Shown here: positions 26,261 through 40,365 of the stretch, piece by piece | How positions within the stretch are numbered: position 1 is the first letter of the stretch | How the letters are laid out: each line of letters begins with the position of its first letter | Origin: Blasia pusilla | Taxonomy: Eukaryota | Length of the DNA stretch: 64,000 nucleotides | Direction of reading: 5' to 3' | Assembly (NCBI GenBank): GCA_050084515.1 | Contig: CM114271.1 | Location: 2,790,001-2,854,000, forward strand | The notes under the pieces: model-generated | Databases searched by the model: none | What the model saw: the letters and a program-made list of their open reading frames with translations, nothing else | What the model was told of the DNA's origin: nothing | Translations under genes and position numbers: made by a program

Positions 26261-26628
26261 CCCGATCTCTAGAAATTGATCATGTTGTTCTGGGATGCAA
26301 TTTCAAATATCAGAGTGTTATAGAAGATATCGTGCGTGTACACATCGCTACACAATATACATCGCTATCACCAAACACACACAATCCCATGCTAACTCAT
26401 GGCATCCATACATAGAGGCAAGAAGTACCAAAATATCTCCAATTGCCCCCTAGCTGGTGGTTAGGTCCCTCTAACTCTAGATAGCCATCTATCCCTACCT
26501 ATCACGACATACATCTCTAGGACGCTAAGAGCAGAAAGACCGGGTGCTCATGTGGCCCCATCGTTAGTCGTCTTCCTATCATCCATGTGACAAAAAAACT
26601 CGGAATCGAAACCTACCCAGTATCTCCT

Positions 26629-26770
26629 CTATGTACATTGGGGACACATCCATCATCCTCGAGGAACCCTAGTGAGAGGCGGCGTCAGACATGCCATATG
26701 CCACCCTCTCGAACATCCATCATAGACTAGCATCATGGCCGCACCACGGGCAAAACCACACAACATACAA
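26629..26770 (-). pseudogene. PHD finger at the integrase C-terminus
   Basis: CMLC...LVYDGCSRGWHMACLTPPLTRVPRG*WMCPQC fits C4-H-C3, with the third Cys changed to Tyr and one internal stop. Confidence 0.88.
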
Positions 26771-27870
26771 CGCAAGCCTGCAGGAACTACTGCTAAGCTC
26801 GGATCTATTATACCATCAATGTTAGGAAGGTGACATGGCGCACAATTACGCACATGGTCCTTCCAAACCATACCATCGCGTCCCTCCAATAAGAGAACAC
26901 CAGATGGCAAAACTTCACGCACTCTCAAGATGGTGCGCCCTGCAGTCACATCCAACGTCGTGGATGACGTCTGCCGCAAGTAGACATAGTCTCCCTGATG
27001 AAACCTCCAGATAGTAGGTCGATAACCACCTCCCCGAATAGTCGCATACCTCAACGTATCCTGATGTTGCCCAATCGCCAAGTTCTCAAACGCCATGGGC
27101 ATCACTCTCCAAAACAACTCAGCCCTCTGAGAACATGCTCGCATCCATACATCCGGGTCATCAAGGTCTAGCATCTCGACCAATGGCCGCAGGTAAATCT
27201 AGCTCTCGGCCATAAAGTAGCAAGTACGATGAAAAAGACGCTAAGGATGCCTGCCTGCTGAATCTGTATCCCATCGCCAACCACGGAAACTAGAGGTCCC
27301 AATCTCCTAGGTGACCTCTCTGCAAGCCATACTTGCGTAAACCCCTCTTCACCGTTTGCACAACTCTCTCCGCTAACTCATCCGCCTCGGGATAATCTCG
27401 CAAAGTCGTGCGGTGGTCGATCATCGCCTGATCACACAAGGCCTGGAACTCACCGCGAAACTTGGTACCCTGGTCTATCAACACCTCAGCCGGTGCGCCA
27501 TAATGACTCAACACTCTGTCAAAAAAGGCATAAGTTACTCCCTCACTCGCTTTGTCAGGCAATGCAACCAACTCGATCCACTTCGAGAAGTGCTCGACCA
27601 TCACCAACACATAACGACTGTGACGCTCCATCAAAGGCAAAGGTCCTGCAAAATCCAAACTCCATCTATACCCTAAGCCCATGATCAGTAATGGATGCAA
27701 CTGTGAAGTCGGAGAATTAAACAATGCTCGGACCCGATCACACACCATGCACTTGGCAACAAACTGATGAACGTCAATCTGCATGCCTCGCCAACAATAC
27801 TGAATCTGGAGCAAGCTGTACATCCGCTTCATCCCAAAGTGACCCAACTCCTCGTGGGCATGCTGCACTA
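26771..27870 (-). pseudogene. Gypsy integrase
   Basis: HHCC finger HEELGHFG...CMVC. DDE core WSLDFAGP / VLIDQG / AERVVQT. C-terminal GDYVYL...VREV. Confidence 0.92.
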
Positions 27871-28259
27871 GTCATGCTCTCTCCAAAGGATGCGGCACTA
27901 CGCGTACTCTGCCATCCAACCAAACCCTCAAAACATGTATCCTCTCCCAACGGAACCGTCTGGCCCGTTGTAGGATCCGATCCCACTCTCAAGCACCCAC
28001 GGTGCTCGAAACGCTGCCAATACAAAGGTACTCCAAGACTACTCCATCATCATGAATATCTCGGCCACTTGTCGTCTCCTCACTGGCCTCGGGATCCAAG
28101 GACTCTCCACTAGACCTCGCCATCAAAAGTCTCCACACTCTGGCTCTCCATAGCCAACATGCCTAAATAGGCTGACGAGTGCCATCCAGGCACTAACTCC
28201 TCATCACTCTCTCCATACCATCGAGCTCCAGTCGCATCTCGCTGACTCAACCCATCTGC

Positions 28260-29600
28260 ATCCTGGACATGGGTTACGACTCAACCCATATGCATCCAGG
28301 TTGAGCATCCCAGGTCTATGTACCACCTGAAAATCATACTCCTGCAACAACAGAGCCCATCTTGCAAGCTTCCCTATAAGCTTGTCGGACTCCATCAACC
28401 ACTTCAATGGTTGATCATCAGTGATGATGGTAAAGGGGTTGCCGAATAAGTAACAGCTGAAATGCGCGACAGCCCACACTACATCCAAGCACTCACCCTC
28501 ATACGAGCTGTACTTCGCCTTTGCAGTGTTCTTCAAGCGGCTAGCGTAAGCCACCACAAACTCTCTACCCTCATCATCATGCTGGGTGAGCACCGCTCCA
28601 AGCCCCAACATGCTCCAATCTGTGTGCAACTGGAAAGGACGCCCCCTGATCGGTCTCCTCAAGATAGGCGTGGACGTCAACCTATCCTTGAGCAATTGAA
28701 ATGCTCGCTCATGCTCATCCCCCCAATGCAACTCGTGATCCACCTTGGTCAGCAAGGTTAGCGGCTTCACAATCGAACTGAATCCCTTGACGTACCGCCG
28801 ATTGAAGTTCGCCAATCCCATGAATGCGCAAACACGGCTCACATGTGTAGGGCGTGGAATGCGTGAGATAGCCTCTACCTTCGTCTGCTGAATACCAAGG
28901 CCCCCTGGGTATATCGTATGACCCAAGTACTCAATCTCGTCGTAGAAGAACTTTCACTTGCTTGGATGTAGCTTCAGCCCATGTAATTGAAATCCTCAAA
29001 ACACCTCCTCTAGATGTCTCTCATGCTCCTCAACCGACTATGATGTCATCAATATAACACCTAGCAAAATCCAGACCACCAAGATCCTATCCATGACCCT
29101 ATGAAACTCAGTTGGGGCGTTCTTTAACCCAAATGGTAAGAACCGCCACTGGTACAAACAATCCTTCCCGTGAGGATCGATGCCCCAAAATGCCGTCTTC
29201 TACCTGTCCTCCAATCTCATAGGCAGTTGATGGTATCCGGCTTGCAAATCCAATGAACTGAAGATCTTTGCGTGACCAATCGCATCAAAGATCTCCTCAG
29301 GGGTGGGCATGGCACACCTATCGAACTTCGTCTGCCGATTGATAGGTCGATAATTCCCACACATCCGCCTATCCATCCAGTTACCATGCACATCCTTCTT
29401 GGCGGGCATGATAGTGGCAGATGCAAACTCCCCATGCGGCATCTCCACTAGACCTGCTCCGACCAAGTCCTAGCTCCTACTCTGAATTAGAGCCCTCTCC
29501 ATATCATTGTACTTATAGGGTCGTCGGAAGATCGGCGTATCACTCGACAACTCAATGCGGATCCCCGGTCCCTTCAGCGTACCCAAATCCTCCATGCTAA
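28260..29600 (-). pseudogene. Gypsy reverse transcriptase and RNase H
   Basis: FRRPY, RMCGNYRPIN, FSSLDLQAGYHQ, KTAF, LPFGLKNAP, YIDDII. RNase H: LHTDWS, VAYASR, YSSYEGEC, ITDDQPL, ARWALLLQEYDF. Confidence 0.95.
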
Positions 29601-30039
29601 ACGCAAAGCAGCTCCTATAACTCCTAAGGAACTGATGTATCTGGCGTCGCTATCCTCCTGTTAACTTAGGGCCCATATCTGGCTCCCAAGTCTCCATCGT
29701 GACTACGGTAGGACTCTTTGGCGTGGTATCGGTGGTTGCTATGGTGCAACCCCGTCTCGAACAACAACACTCGGCTGCTCTCCTATAGCCAACTGAAAAA
29801 TCTGATCTCCTCCACATGCAGTGCACAGAACCACGCTGGATGTTGTGGCTATCATCTCCTGGCGTACCTGCAAAACATCCCAAGAAGTCCAAGGGTGTCT
29901 CTCCTGATCTCCCATGGTGTGTAGATCTCCTCGGGTCTCGCCCCCAGCCACTGCCTCCACCGTCTTGGTAGGCATGGGGCTCACCAACGCAACCACTATT
30001 ATCTATCGCGATCTCATACGACCCTGCTCAGCCACTCCC

Positions 30040-30990
30040 AAGCTGAGGATCCATGTCAAGCAATTCAGGTCCATCGCCTGACCCAAGACATGGCGTCGTG
30101 ATGCCTCTTACATTGACAGTACTGCCGTCACTCCTGTGGGAAATCCCATCGCTCGCTCTCTCTCGTCGGCGTTGGGCCCCACCAACCGTTGAACCAGGTC
30201 ATCCCAAACCAAGCCAGGACTGGCCTCCTTGTATGCATAGGAAGCGGGAAAACTCACAAACATCGGCAAGACTGCCCGCGGCCTGCCTACCCTATTGACC
30301 ACAGCCAACGGTGGTCGATCATCGTGCCTCACTACGTGTGATCGATGACCTGGATCCATAATGGAATCCACTAACAAATGGGAGGGGCGCTCCACTCTCG
30401 CATACGCCCTCCGTAACACCGCATGGGGCACCAAGTTGGTCCACCAAAGACGCGGGCGATGGGCTCTAGAACTTACACTCTCCGAATCCAAGAACACTGT
30501 TGGGCCAATCTAGGCACGCACCTGATGAACAGTCATCACCACCCGTGATCTAGAGTCTCCTAAGATCGGCACATTCTCCAAAATGTAGGCTGGAGAATGA
30601 GACTGGTGCTCCTGCAAGTGCCGTAAGACCCTCAACATCTCCCAAAACAATCTAGACCAAGTGTCAGCCAACCCGCTACCTCGTCCAACACTCGATTGGC
30701 CCTGATATGGCCAACCGGCAATGACCAAATCAATAATCCCTACCCACTCTAAATCCTGCGCCCCCAACAACGAAATATCCCTTGGTAGGGAACTCTCGTA
30801 CCCATGTACCGCGGACGCACACAATAAGTTGGGAAAACGTAGGCGTAATTATGCCACATGTCGTAGTGAGACGTGTCTGCAACATCATCACTCTCCACAT
30901 ACATGTATTGCTGTACTCCCACTCGTGCCTGCAAAACAGCAACTAACCCGGTGCTAATCCCTCCAAAGAGATCTAACACTCGAACACCCT
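30040..30990 (-). pseudogene. C5 cytosine DNA methyltransferase domain embedded in the Gypsy polyprotein
   Basis: Motif I VRVLDLFGG; II YVESD; III DI; IV DLVIAGWPYQGQS (PCQ>PYQ); V SRLFWE; VI YILENV; VIII AHRPRLWWTNL; IX ERERAMGFP; X RRHVLGQAM. All in canonical order. Confidence 0.9.
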
Positions 30991-31378
30991 CCTCCAAGGT
31001 ACACCACACAATGGGTGTGGTATCCAAGGGTGTCATTGTAGCACTCATTGCCACCTCGGGTTCCTCAGACCCATCACGCTCCGGTTCAAACGCCTCGCTC
31101 TACGCGGTCTGCACGTGCTCATCTGCCAATCGTCGAAGCTCCTCAGTCAAGCCCCACAGCGGCACCTCTCCTCCACATAATGATGTGGCTACCATAACAC
31201 TCCTCTCCATAGAAATGTCAGGAACGGGAGTATCCTCCGTATGGACATGTCCCTCAATCAAATCACTAGGCCAAGTGATGGCACTGCTAAATGCTGCTAA
31301 GGTCGCCATCTCTCCTGGCCGTTGCTCGATCACTACACCTATGAATCAAACGGGTAATGAGCTAAGGCGCCCATCACC

Positions 31379-31720
31379 TCACTGCCATCTTGGTCTGTAG
31401 GACGCTGACTCCTCCCAGTAATCCAGGGCAAACCTCATCGGGTATAACACTGCTCCACCAACCAAGACGTCGTAGGACTTTGCATCAATCACTATCGCCT
31501 TGGCTCGCACCACGGACTCATCTGTAGGATGTCCCGGGAAAATCCTCACCGCGACCTCATGTCGAGTGATATACTGTGTGGTACTCACTCCACCCAGGGA
31601 TGTCTGTATCCGGAATGGACAACGCTCCACATCGGCTCTCGTCAAGCCCAATCCTCTGAATGACGCTTTCCCCAACATCAAGGGTTGTGCTCTTGAATCC
31701 AACAAGACGCGCTGCAGACT
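31379..31720 (-). pseudogene. Retropepsin-like aspartic protease
   Basis: RVLLDSRAQPLMLG (DSGA variant), flap-like IQTSLGG and YDVLVG. Located between gag and pol. Confidence 0.7.
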
Positions 31721-32616
31721 AAAAGCTCTACCTCCAGGACTCACCAACTGGTAGACCTCTCCTCGGTTATCCAGCAACACAACACCAGGAGAAGCCATGG
31801 CACGCTCTATCGTGGGTCTAGCAAGCATCTTCGCCATCCTAGCAGCTGCAGTCTGCCATGAATCTGACGTGGACGGCCCGAGCATGTGCTCCAAAGGCAG
31901 GTCCATCACCTCCTCTGCAATCACCTCTGAACGTGATGGAAGAACTTCAACTCCATGCTCACATAGCGTAGCCGCCAGCCGTAAAGCCTCCGCGGGCGTA
32001 CCCCCCAACGTCATAACATCGGAAGCAGAAAATAAAGGAGCGCGGTACACAATGGTGGCCGCCCCCAACAACGTGCTCAACACATGCCCCTCATGAGCAT
32101 CAACAATAGGAGTCTTCGCACTCGCTTCTCCCATTTCCCTCCGTGCTTGCACACCAACAACATCACCAACTCTCCAGGAACTCTGATCAGGACCCATCGA
32201 TGGGGTCCTCATCGCCTTGGACAACGTGCAAGACTGAGGAAGCCTAGTCTGTTTCCTGGCTTCCTCTCGCTGTGGATCCAACTCTGCAGCTGCTCCACAT
32301 GTCACAATTGCGGCTGCCTCCATCTAGACAACCCCGCACATCCAACCAGGATCCTCCATATCTCTGGATGCTCCATATGATGTCGATGCCACGGATCCGA
32401 CATCGGGTAATCTCAATGCCATAGCGGCAATATGCTCATGTAGCTGATGTATCTGAGCAGCCATCCTAGCCTCATGCCCGGCCTCTCCCTCGACGCGTCT
32501 AGGTGATGGGACTCTATCTCCTCCACGGGAAGCTCCACCACCCTGTCGGGCAACTCCAGCTCCTCATCCCCCAACGGAACCACATGGTGTACGATCTCTA
32601 GGCCCACTCGGACCGG

Positions 32617-33740
32617 CTACTTGCTCTGGTGCCCTCTCTGGCCCTCGGTCCGGACGTAACTCAGGATGTAAAATGAAACACCTCGCGTGTATGTATGACC
32701 ATACCTATGACAATAGTCACATTGATAACCTCCTTGTGCAGCACCATCTCCTCCTCCATGCTGAGGCACACGTCCATGACCCTGACGAGTCCAATCGCGC
32801 TGATGATGGGCTCCACCACATGACCAACAAGTAATAGTAGGCGGTTGTTGTTGAGTCGCATATGAAGGCGCAGGTCTCTGTGGCACGGCCTCCCGGTATC
32901 CTCCCTGAGCTCTTGGTGCCACAGTCGACCTATCTCGGAGTCCACATTGTTGCACAGGTAGTAGGCAATCGTGACTACTCTCGCCCAGAACCAATGGTGA
33001 CTACGCTCTCCTCCGCCATGTTGTGCTCAATGTTCTTGGCAGTCCTAAAAACATCTCTCAACGTAGGGGAGGTGTTCATAAGAAGCACCCCCTCCCGCAC
33101 CCGTTTTTGCGGGGTCCGGTCCACCATCGCATACCATGACTGGATAGCCTGAGCCTTTGTCACCCCTTGAGTGACGTTGATCAACCGGCGCAAGCGAGTG
33201 TAAGCCTCACGCAAACTCTCACCCCGACGCCTCTGGAAGTCATGGATGCTCCGCATCTTCTCCATCCGTACCCCTTGGTAGCTCACCCTCAACTCAGCAA
33301 AGAAATCAACCATCGGGTTGAACTTGGGACGAACCCGACTAGACGGTGCAACTGCTCCAGGGCGAGTGACCCCTCCTAAAACATCACTAGTGGAAGAGGA
33401 AGTAGCCTCTCTTGACTTCTCTTCCTCATCTAGGAACGGCTCCGTCATTGACACATAGTGTGGGTCATAGTAGAGTCACCATGCCTCAATCTCCTAGGCA
33501 TATCTGTGGGAGAACTCATGGTTATCGTCCATGGGCACCCCCCCTAAATGTTGGAACATACCATTCCATGTTGTAAACGGGTTGAACTCTCTAGAGTTCC
33601 TGGCCCGCTGGGAGTCACACCAACTCCTAAACTCCGCAATGAAGTCATGTAGCTGTATGGTGCCTACAGCACCCAAAAACCTACGCGGTCCTCTACCCCG
33701 GTCGTCCATCTCGTACGCCAAACTCGTAGGATCACTCAAT
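32617..33740 (-). pseudogene. Gypsy gag with zinc knuckles
   Basis: FQRRRGESLREAYTRL (major-homology-region-like), CWSCGGAHHQRDW and CDYCHRYGH knuckles. Confidence 0.75.
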
Positions 33741-35538
33741 GTGTACGGTGGATCACTAACAAACTCCTCTACATGCTCCCCCTCGTCTGAAGTGACAAAG
33801 AAGGAGATCGAGGTGGTCTCTCACGTGGAGACCCTCGAAACCTCGCACCACTCCGGGTAACCCTTCTAGAGCTACTCTCAGGTTCACTACCTCGCCTCTC
33901 AAAATCTTGAAAGGACGCCGTGATGGCCCTCATGCCCCTCTCACACGATCACTCTCAACCTCGTGAGTAATCCCTCAATCACTCATCCCAAACATGTGCC
34001 ACTCGATCTACACTCTCCCTCCCCAAGACATGTAACGTGCGGCAATAAGCGGCGTGGTGCGGCAAATCGACCAAGCTATCATCTCATCGACAACCTACCC
34101 TCAACTCCAAACATCCCACACAGGTCTATGTCCCCTAAACCACATACATAAATGATGCTCTCAGCAACCACACAACCCAATATCCCCAAATAAACTACCA
34201 AAATCCCAGAATCCCTCACGCGTACAAGGTAAAGGACCAGAATGGGTAACCTGAACACATGTCGATGTTGCTCCTCAGCAACTGCAAATCTCGACCCCAA
34301 CTCGGTCATGGAGATAACTCCTCCAATCAGCAAGTCATACTCGTCCCGTACTGACGTTGCTCAAAACTCCTCGATGGACAGTGCGGTTCCAACAGAATGG
34401 TGCGGCGTTGCAGGCGGTACAAAACGGCTACGAACGACACGGCCCTCGATGGTGGGATGCAGCACTCGGCAGCATACCCTCCTCAATCAACAATAAACCC
34501 ACACTCTGCTCCAAAATGACGGTGCAGCTCCACGATTGAGAAGGTGCGGTGCGGCCACAAGTGGCACGGCGCGTTGTGGCTACGGGCGTCACGGCACGGT
34601 TCTCGATTGTTGTCGAGCAGCTACCAATCACAATATAGCAGCATGAAATCAAAACTCAAACACCATAATCGGAGGTCATCTACCATCACTGGTTGATGAT
34701 AAAACTGCGATGATGGTGGCGGCCAAACCAAAGTACGTGGTGGCGGCGCAAGTCAGAGAATCAACGGTGGTCGTGGAAGACCCTCCACTTCGTAATGGCA
34801 GCAATGGCAACCAAAGGGTGGACAACGGCCGAATGCAGCTCTGAGCAATGTTGGGCAACGGCAACGGCCGACGGTGGTCGGTGGCCGGTAGACGGTGGAC
34901 CGTTGACCGCGAAGATTGACCGTTGATGGTGACGACGGACCGTTGACGGTGACAGTGACAGTGCTCCGTGGATTACGACTCCCGTATCATGTGTCGGCTT
35001 CAGATTGACCCTTTTTGAGAGCCCCTTCAATAGTAGGGAAGGACCCACTGGCAAGAAATGTTGAAGAAATGGTGAAGGGGGGGAGGGGGGGGCGGAGTAC
35101 ACGACGTGTACTGTCTAGGGATAGGAAACACAGCCTTGGAATTTATTGCTAAACACGTACGCAATCAATTGCATCTAAACCCGAGATATCCACTAAAACC
35201 CGCGATTGGGGCCGGATTCAAGAAATGTCCTATGAACTGGATTTTGGGCATATTACCGCTAATGTTATCGGCCAGGCGTGAGGCTATGACGGGATTAACA
35301 TCATTACCACATCCTTTCCCATCACCATGACGATGATCATCACCATCATGCATCATCCATGAATCAGTGTCTATGGGTATGGTATCCGCATATCGATGCC
35401 CATATATGCCATCGACAGCCATGGCGATGCCACCCACACTTGACAATGCCGACATCACAACGCGCGCAGCTTAGGGTCTTGGTGCGAGAAAGTGCGCAAA
35501 TTGATCAGATTGATGCCTTTAGGGTGATGCTGGTTCTT

Positions 35539-36270
35539 GTTTGACGAAGGAATGACAGTCGTCCATGCGATAGAGACCACGAAACAAACGGAGAAAAAAA
35601 GAAGGTTCTTAACATTGAGCCTACAAATTTCTCCTCATGGTTGAGTAATCATCTTGATTGGCAGCAGAATGTTCAATTCTATTTCACTCATGCGTCCATA
35701 CACTTGTTTGGCACAGAGGTTGGGCGGATATTAGGGTAACTTTGCAGACGGAGAAACATTGGAGACGGCCAGGGCTACGTTGGTAAGATAGTCGTTCCTG
35801 TGTGTACGCCTTGCATTTCTAATATTTTCCTTGCATCGGGATTTTGTAGTGATCGAATTGAGCAACGTTCAAGTGCGCGAATTCATGGAATTGATAGAAT
35901 TTTGAATCTCATTGAGGCACGAGGCGTTGGATGCTGTTTGTTGTTTGACGGAGGAATGCCATGGAATGTTGTAGTAGAGACCACGAAACAAACGAAAGAA
36001 AGAAGGTGGAGCACATCAACATCATCCCCCCAAAATTTCCGCTTCATGCGTGAGGAATCGCCACAGGAATCATCCTCAATGTTTGCAGAAAGTGCAATTT
36101 TATTTCATTCCTACATCCATACACCACGGAGGTTGGGTGGATATTAGGGTAACTTTGGACACGGAGGAACATTGGAGACAACCAAGGCAAAATTGGTAAG
36201 TGAGTCGTTCATGTGTGTACGCCATGCCTGTATGAGTTTTTCCCTGTACCGGGTTCTTCCTTGCATCGTG
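35539..36270. repeat. Two-copy direct repeat, period ~400 bp
   Basis: gtttgacg.aggaatg...tagagaccacgaaacaaacg...ggatattagggtaacttt...tgtgtgtacgcc starts at ~35540 and ~35943. Confidence 0.8.
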
Positions 36271-36950
36271 TTTTCATAGTTAAAGCGTTATGGTCATCCG
36301 ATTGGCGCTAAGGGACCAGAAACACATATAAGAAATTTGGCACTCCAATATTGAACCTAAGCTTTTTCTACGCTACTTTCATGTCCTGTGATAGCCTCCA
36401 TATAACCCTCGTCATCAAATTTAAGTTATAAACGCAAGGAGAAGGGAACCATGGTAAGTTCCCCAAGGGAGCAAGCATCCAAGACTTTATGTACCCCTTG
36501 CAACCCTCTTTCAATCATTCTCGTCTTCTGCTTGTTTCCATTTTTTTGTTTTTGAAACCTAGACATTCTTTAGATTAGCGCCATAAATGCCAGGCTAGGT
36601 TTGGTTATAGCATTTGATAAGTAGGTTGGAGGCAACCAATTTTTACGTATAGGCCCATCTTATTGCGCACCAATTTCTAGTGAATGTCCGTAGCCTACAT
36701 GCCACACAGTTTCTGTATGGAGGAAGAACAGTGGTAGAGGAACATAAGGGTTTAGGGTGAAGGATCTGGAAATTGAATCTTACATGGACATGTGGAGTTG
36801 TAAATTACCGCTTACAACCTTCCAAATTGCAGGGAATGTCAGGGAAGTCTAGAGAAATCATGTTGGGCTATTCCATTTCCTACTTCCCAACCGTTTTTCA
36901 GTAGCTCGTAGTAACGTTTAGTAGCTCCCTAAATATTGTTCAATCATCTT

Positions 36951-38884
<1,934 letters not shown>

Positions 38885-40365
38885 ATATCTTCTCATTGCG
38901 ACATCTCCATCTACAAAAGCTTTTCCGTATGTATTTCTCATATTGTTGAATACAACCATTAAAAGAGTCCAAAATTTCTCATGTATACACATCTTTTGGC
39001 TTATAGAACGTGCACACATTTACAAGAGCAACTTTTGCAAAAAAAATTCATCTTTTCCCAAAAGATCTCACGATTGTCACGAGGTACATTTTTAAGCACT
39101 GATTAGTTAGACCCCACGAAACATCCTAGGTATTTTTTGAACCTAGGTTGCATTTTAATCAACGTGAAAAAACTCCATACAAAAGAAATTGGGCAGGGGA
39201 AACTTTTTTTCTGTCCAATTGCCACATGGCAACAGACAGATGTTTGCAAATTAAGAAGGCACCCTCTTGCACAATTCCGTCATCATTACGTTTCCTGTTC
39301 GTCCCATACCATCCAAAGTAGACGTGGAAAGAAGCCCAGGCCCTAAGAAGTATGATCCATAGTTCTGTCAGTGCATGTTCAACAATCGGTAGCTATCGAT
39401 ACTAGGTCTATTGCTCAACTGATGTGAGTTGGGGCAATCATGGCTTACGTCATTCCTCACTTCCAGAACGGCATACGGTGGGACATAACCCACGAATGCG
39501 GTGTGAGTTAGTCCATTACCGAGAGTTTCTCCATGTCATGGCCAGCTGCCAATCCTAGTCGTAAGTACTCTTGCGTGTCTCCGCCAACACTCACTCCAGA
39601 TCGGTGAAGGATGTACTCCGTTTCTAAAGGGAGCATGAGATTGTCTGGAGGACCACATTCTATTTCTGTGTTCAACAGATTCGTCCTGGTCTACGTGATG
39701 GGGTAATCAGAAACAATCTTGCATTTACTTATGCTTACGATACATGTGAGACTTGAAAACAGTTGGAAATGCGACTGGCATGCCTGCCGGTGAATCTGGA
39801 CAAGGTTAGCTGAGATTAGAATTAGCTGAAACAAATCCGATTTGCTAGCCACATTTGAGGACTTGAGACGATCTGGATGTAGTGGACACAACCTCTTCAA
39901 AGCAGTAGAACTTCGATCTACCTACTTGGACACAAGTTTCTCATACTAACTGCGAAAACGAATTCGTAAACTAAACAAACAACAGATTGACACAACCCCG
40001 AAGAGAAGCCAACTCATGCAATGGAAAATAAGGTAATAGTATATAATGGTAATAGTCTAAGCATGAAAATCGTTGAGCTTAATTTTCCATCCAATTCACG
40101 TGCGTGGTTCCAAGAATACACAAAACAAGAAATTTTACCATGAATGAGTGTAATTGATTAGAAATAGCTGAGACAAATTGGATTGATAAAACTTTGTGCG
40201 TCAGGACAGATTCTTCACTTTCCAGACCGCGAGTTATAACAACCACCCTGAAAGCTCTTTGACAAACTAGCCAGAGCAACACAGAGAAAGTAAGAAGTGA
40301 ATCGGGGTAGTTTCCAATGAATTTTACAGATAATTTACGGAGCCAGCCAGTTGCTGATAACTACA

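Larger units (their letters stand above)
26316..34989 (-). mobile_element. Degenerate Ty3/Gypsy retrotransposon with C5-DNA methyltransferase and PHD finger; outer limits tentative
   Basis: Minus-strand order: gag, zinc knuckles, protease (LLDSRA), DNMT, RT (YIDD), RNase H, integrase, PHD. RT-RH-IN order is diagnostic of Gypsy. No LTR pair or TSD confirmed. Confidence 0.9.
12733..35135 (-). mobile_element. Large degenerate Mutator-like (MULE) element with nested insertions; boundaries tentative
   Basis: Internal MULE/SWIM transposase. Degenerate inverted similarity between ~12755-12835 (tgtactc...cactaggttcttcccctgttgaatgccctcttcaa) and ~35010-35105. The gagtacacg motif occurs at both ends. 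No TSD identified. Confidence 0.5.

Noticed and set aside
30040-30990. Host DRM/CMT/MET1 gene
   Set aside because: No apparent introns, motif order not permuted as in DRM, no BAH/chromo/UBA domains, and the domain is embedded between retroelement protease and RT.
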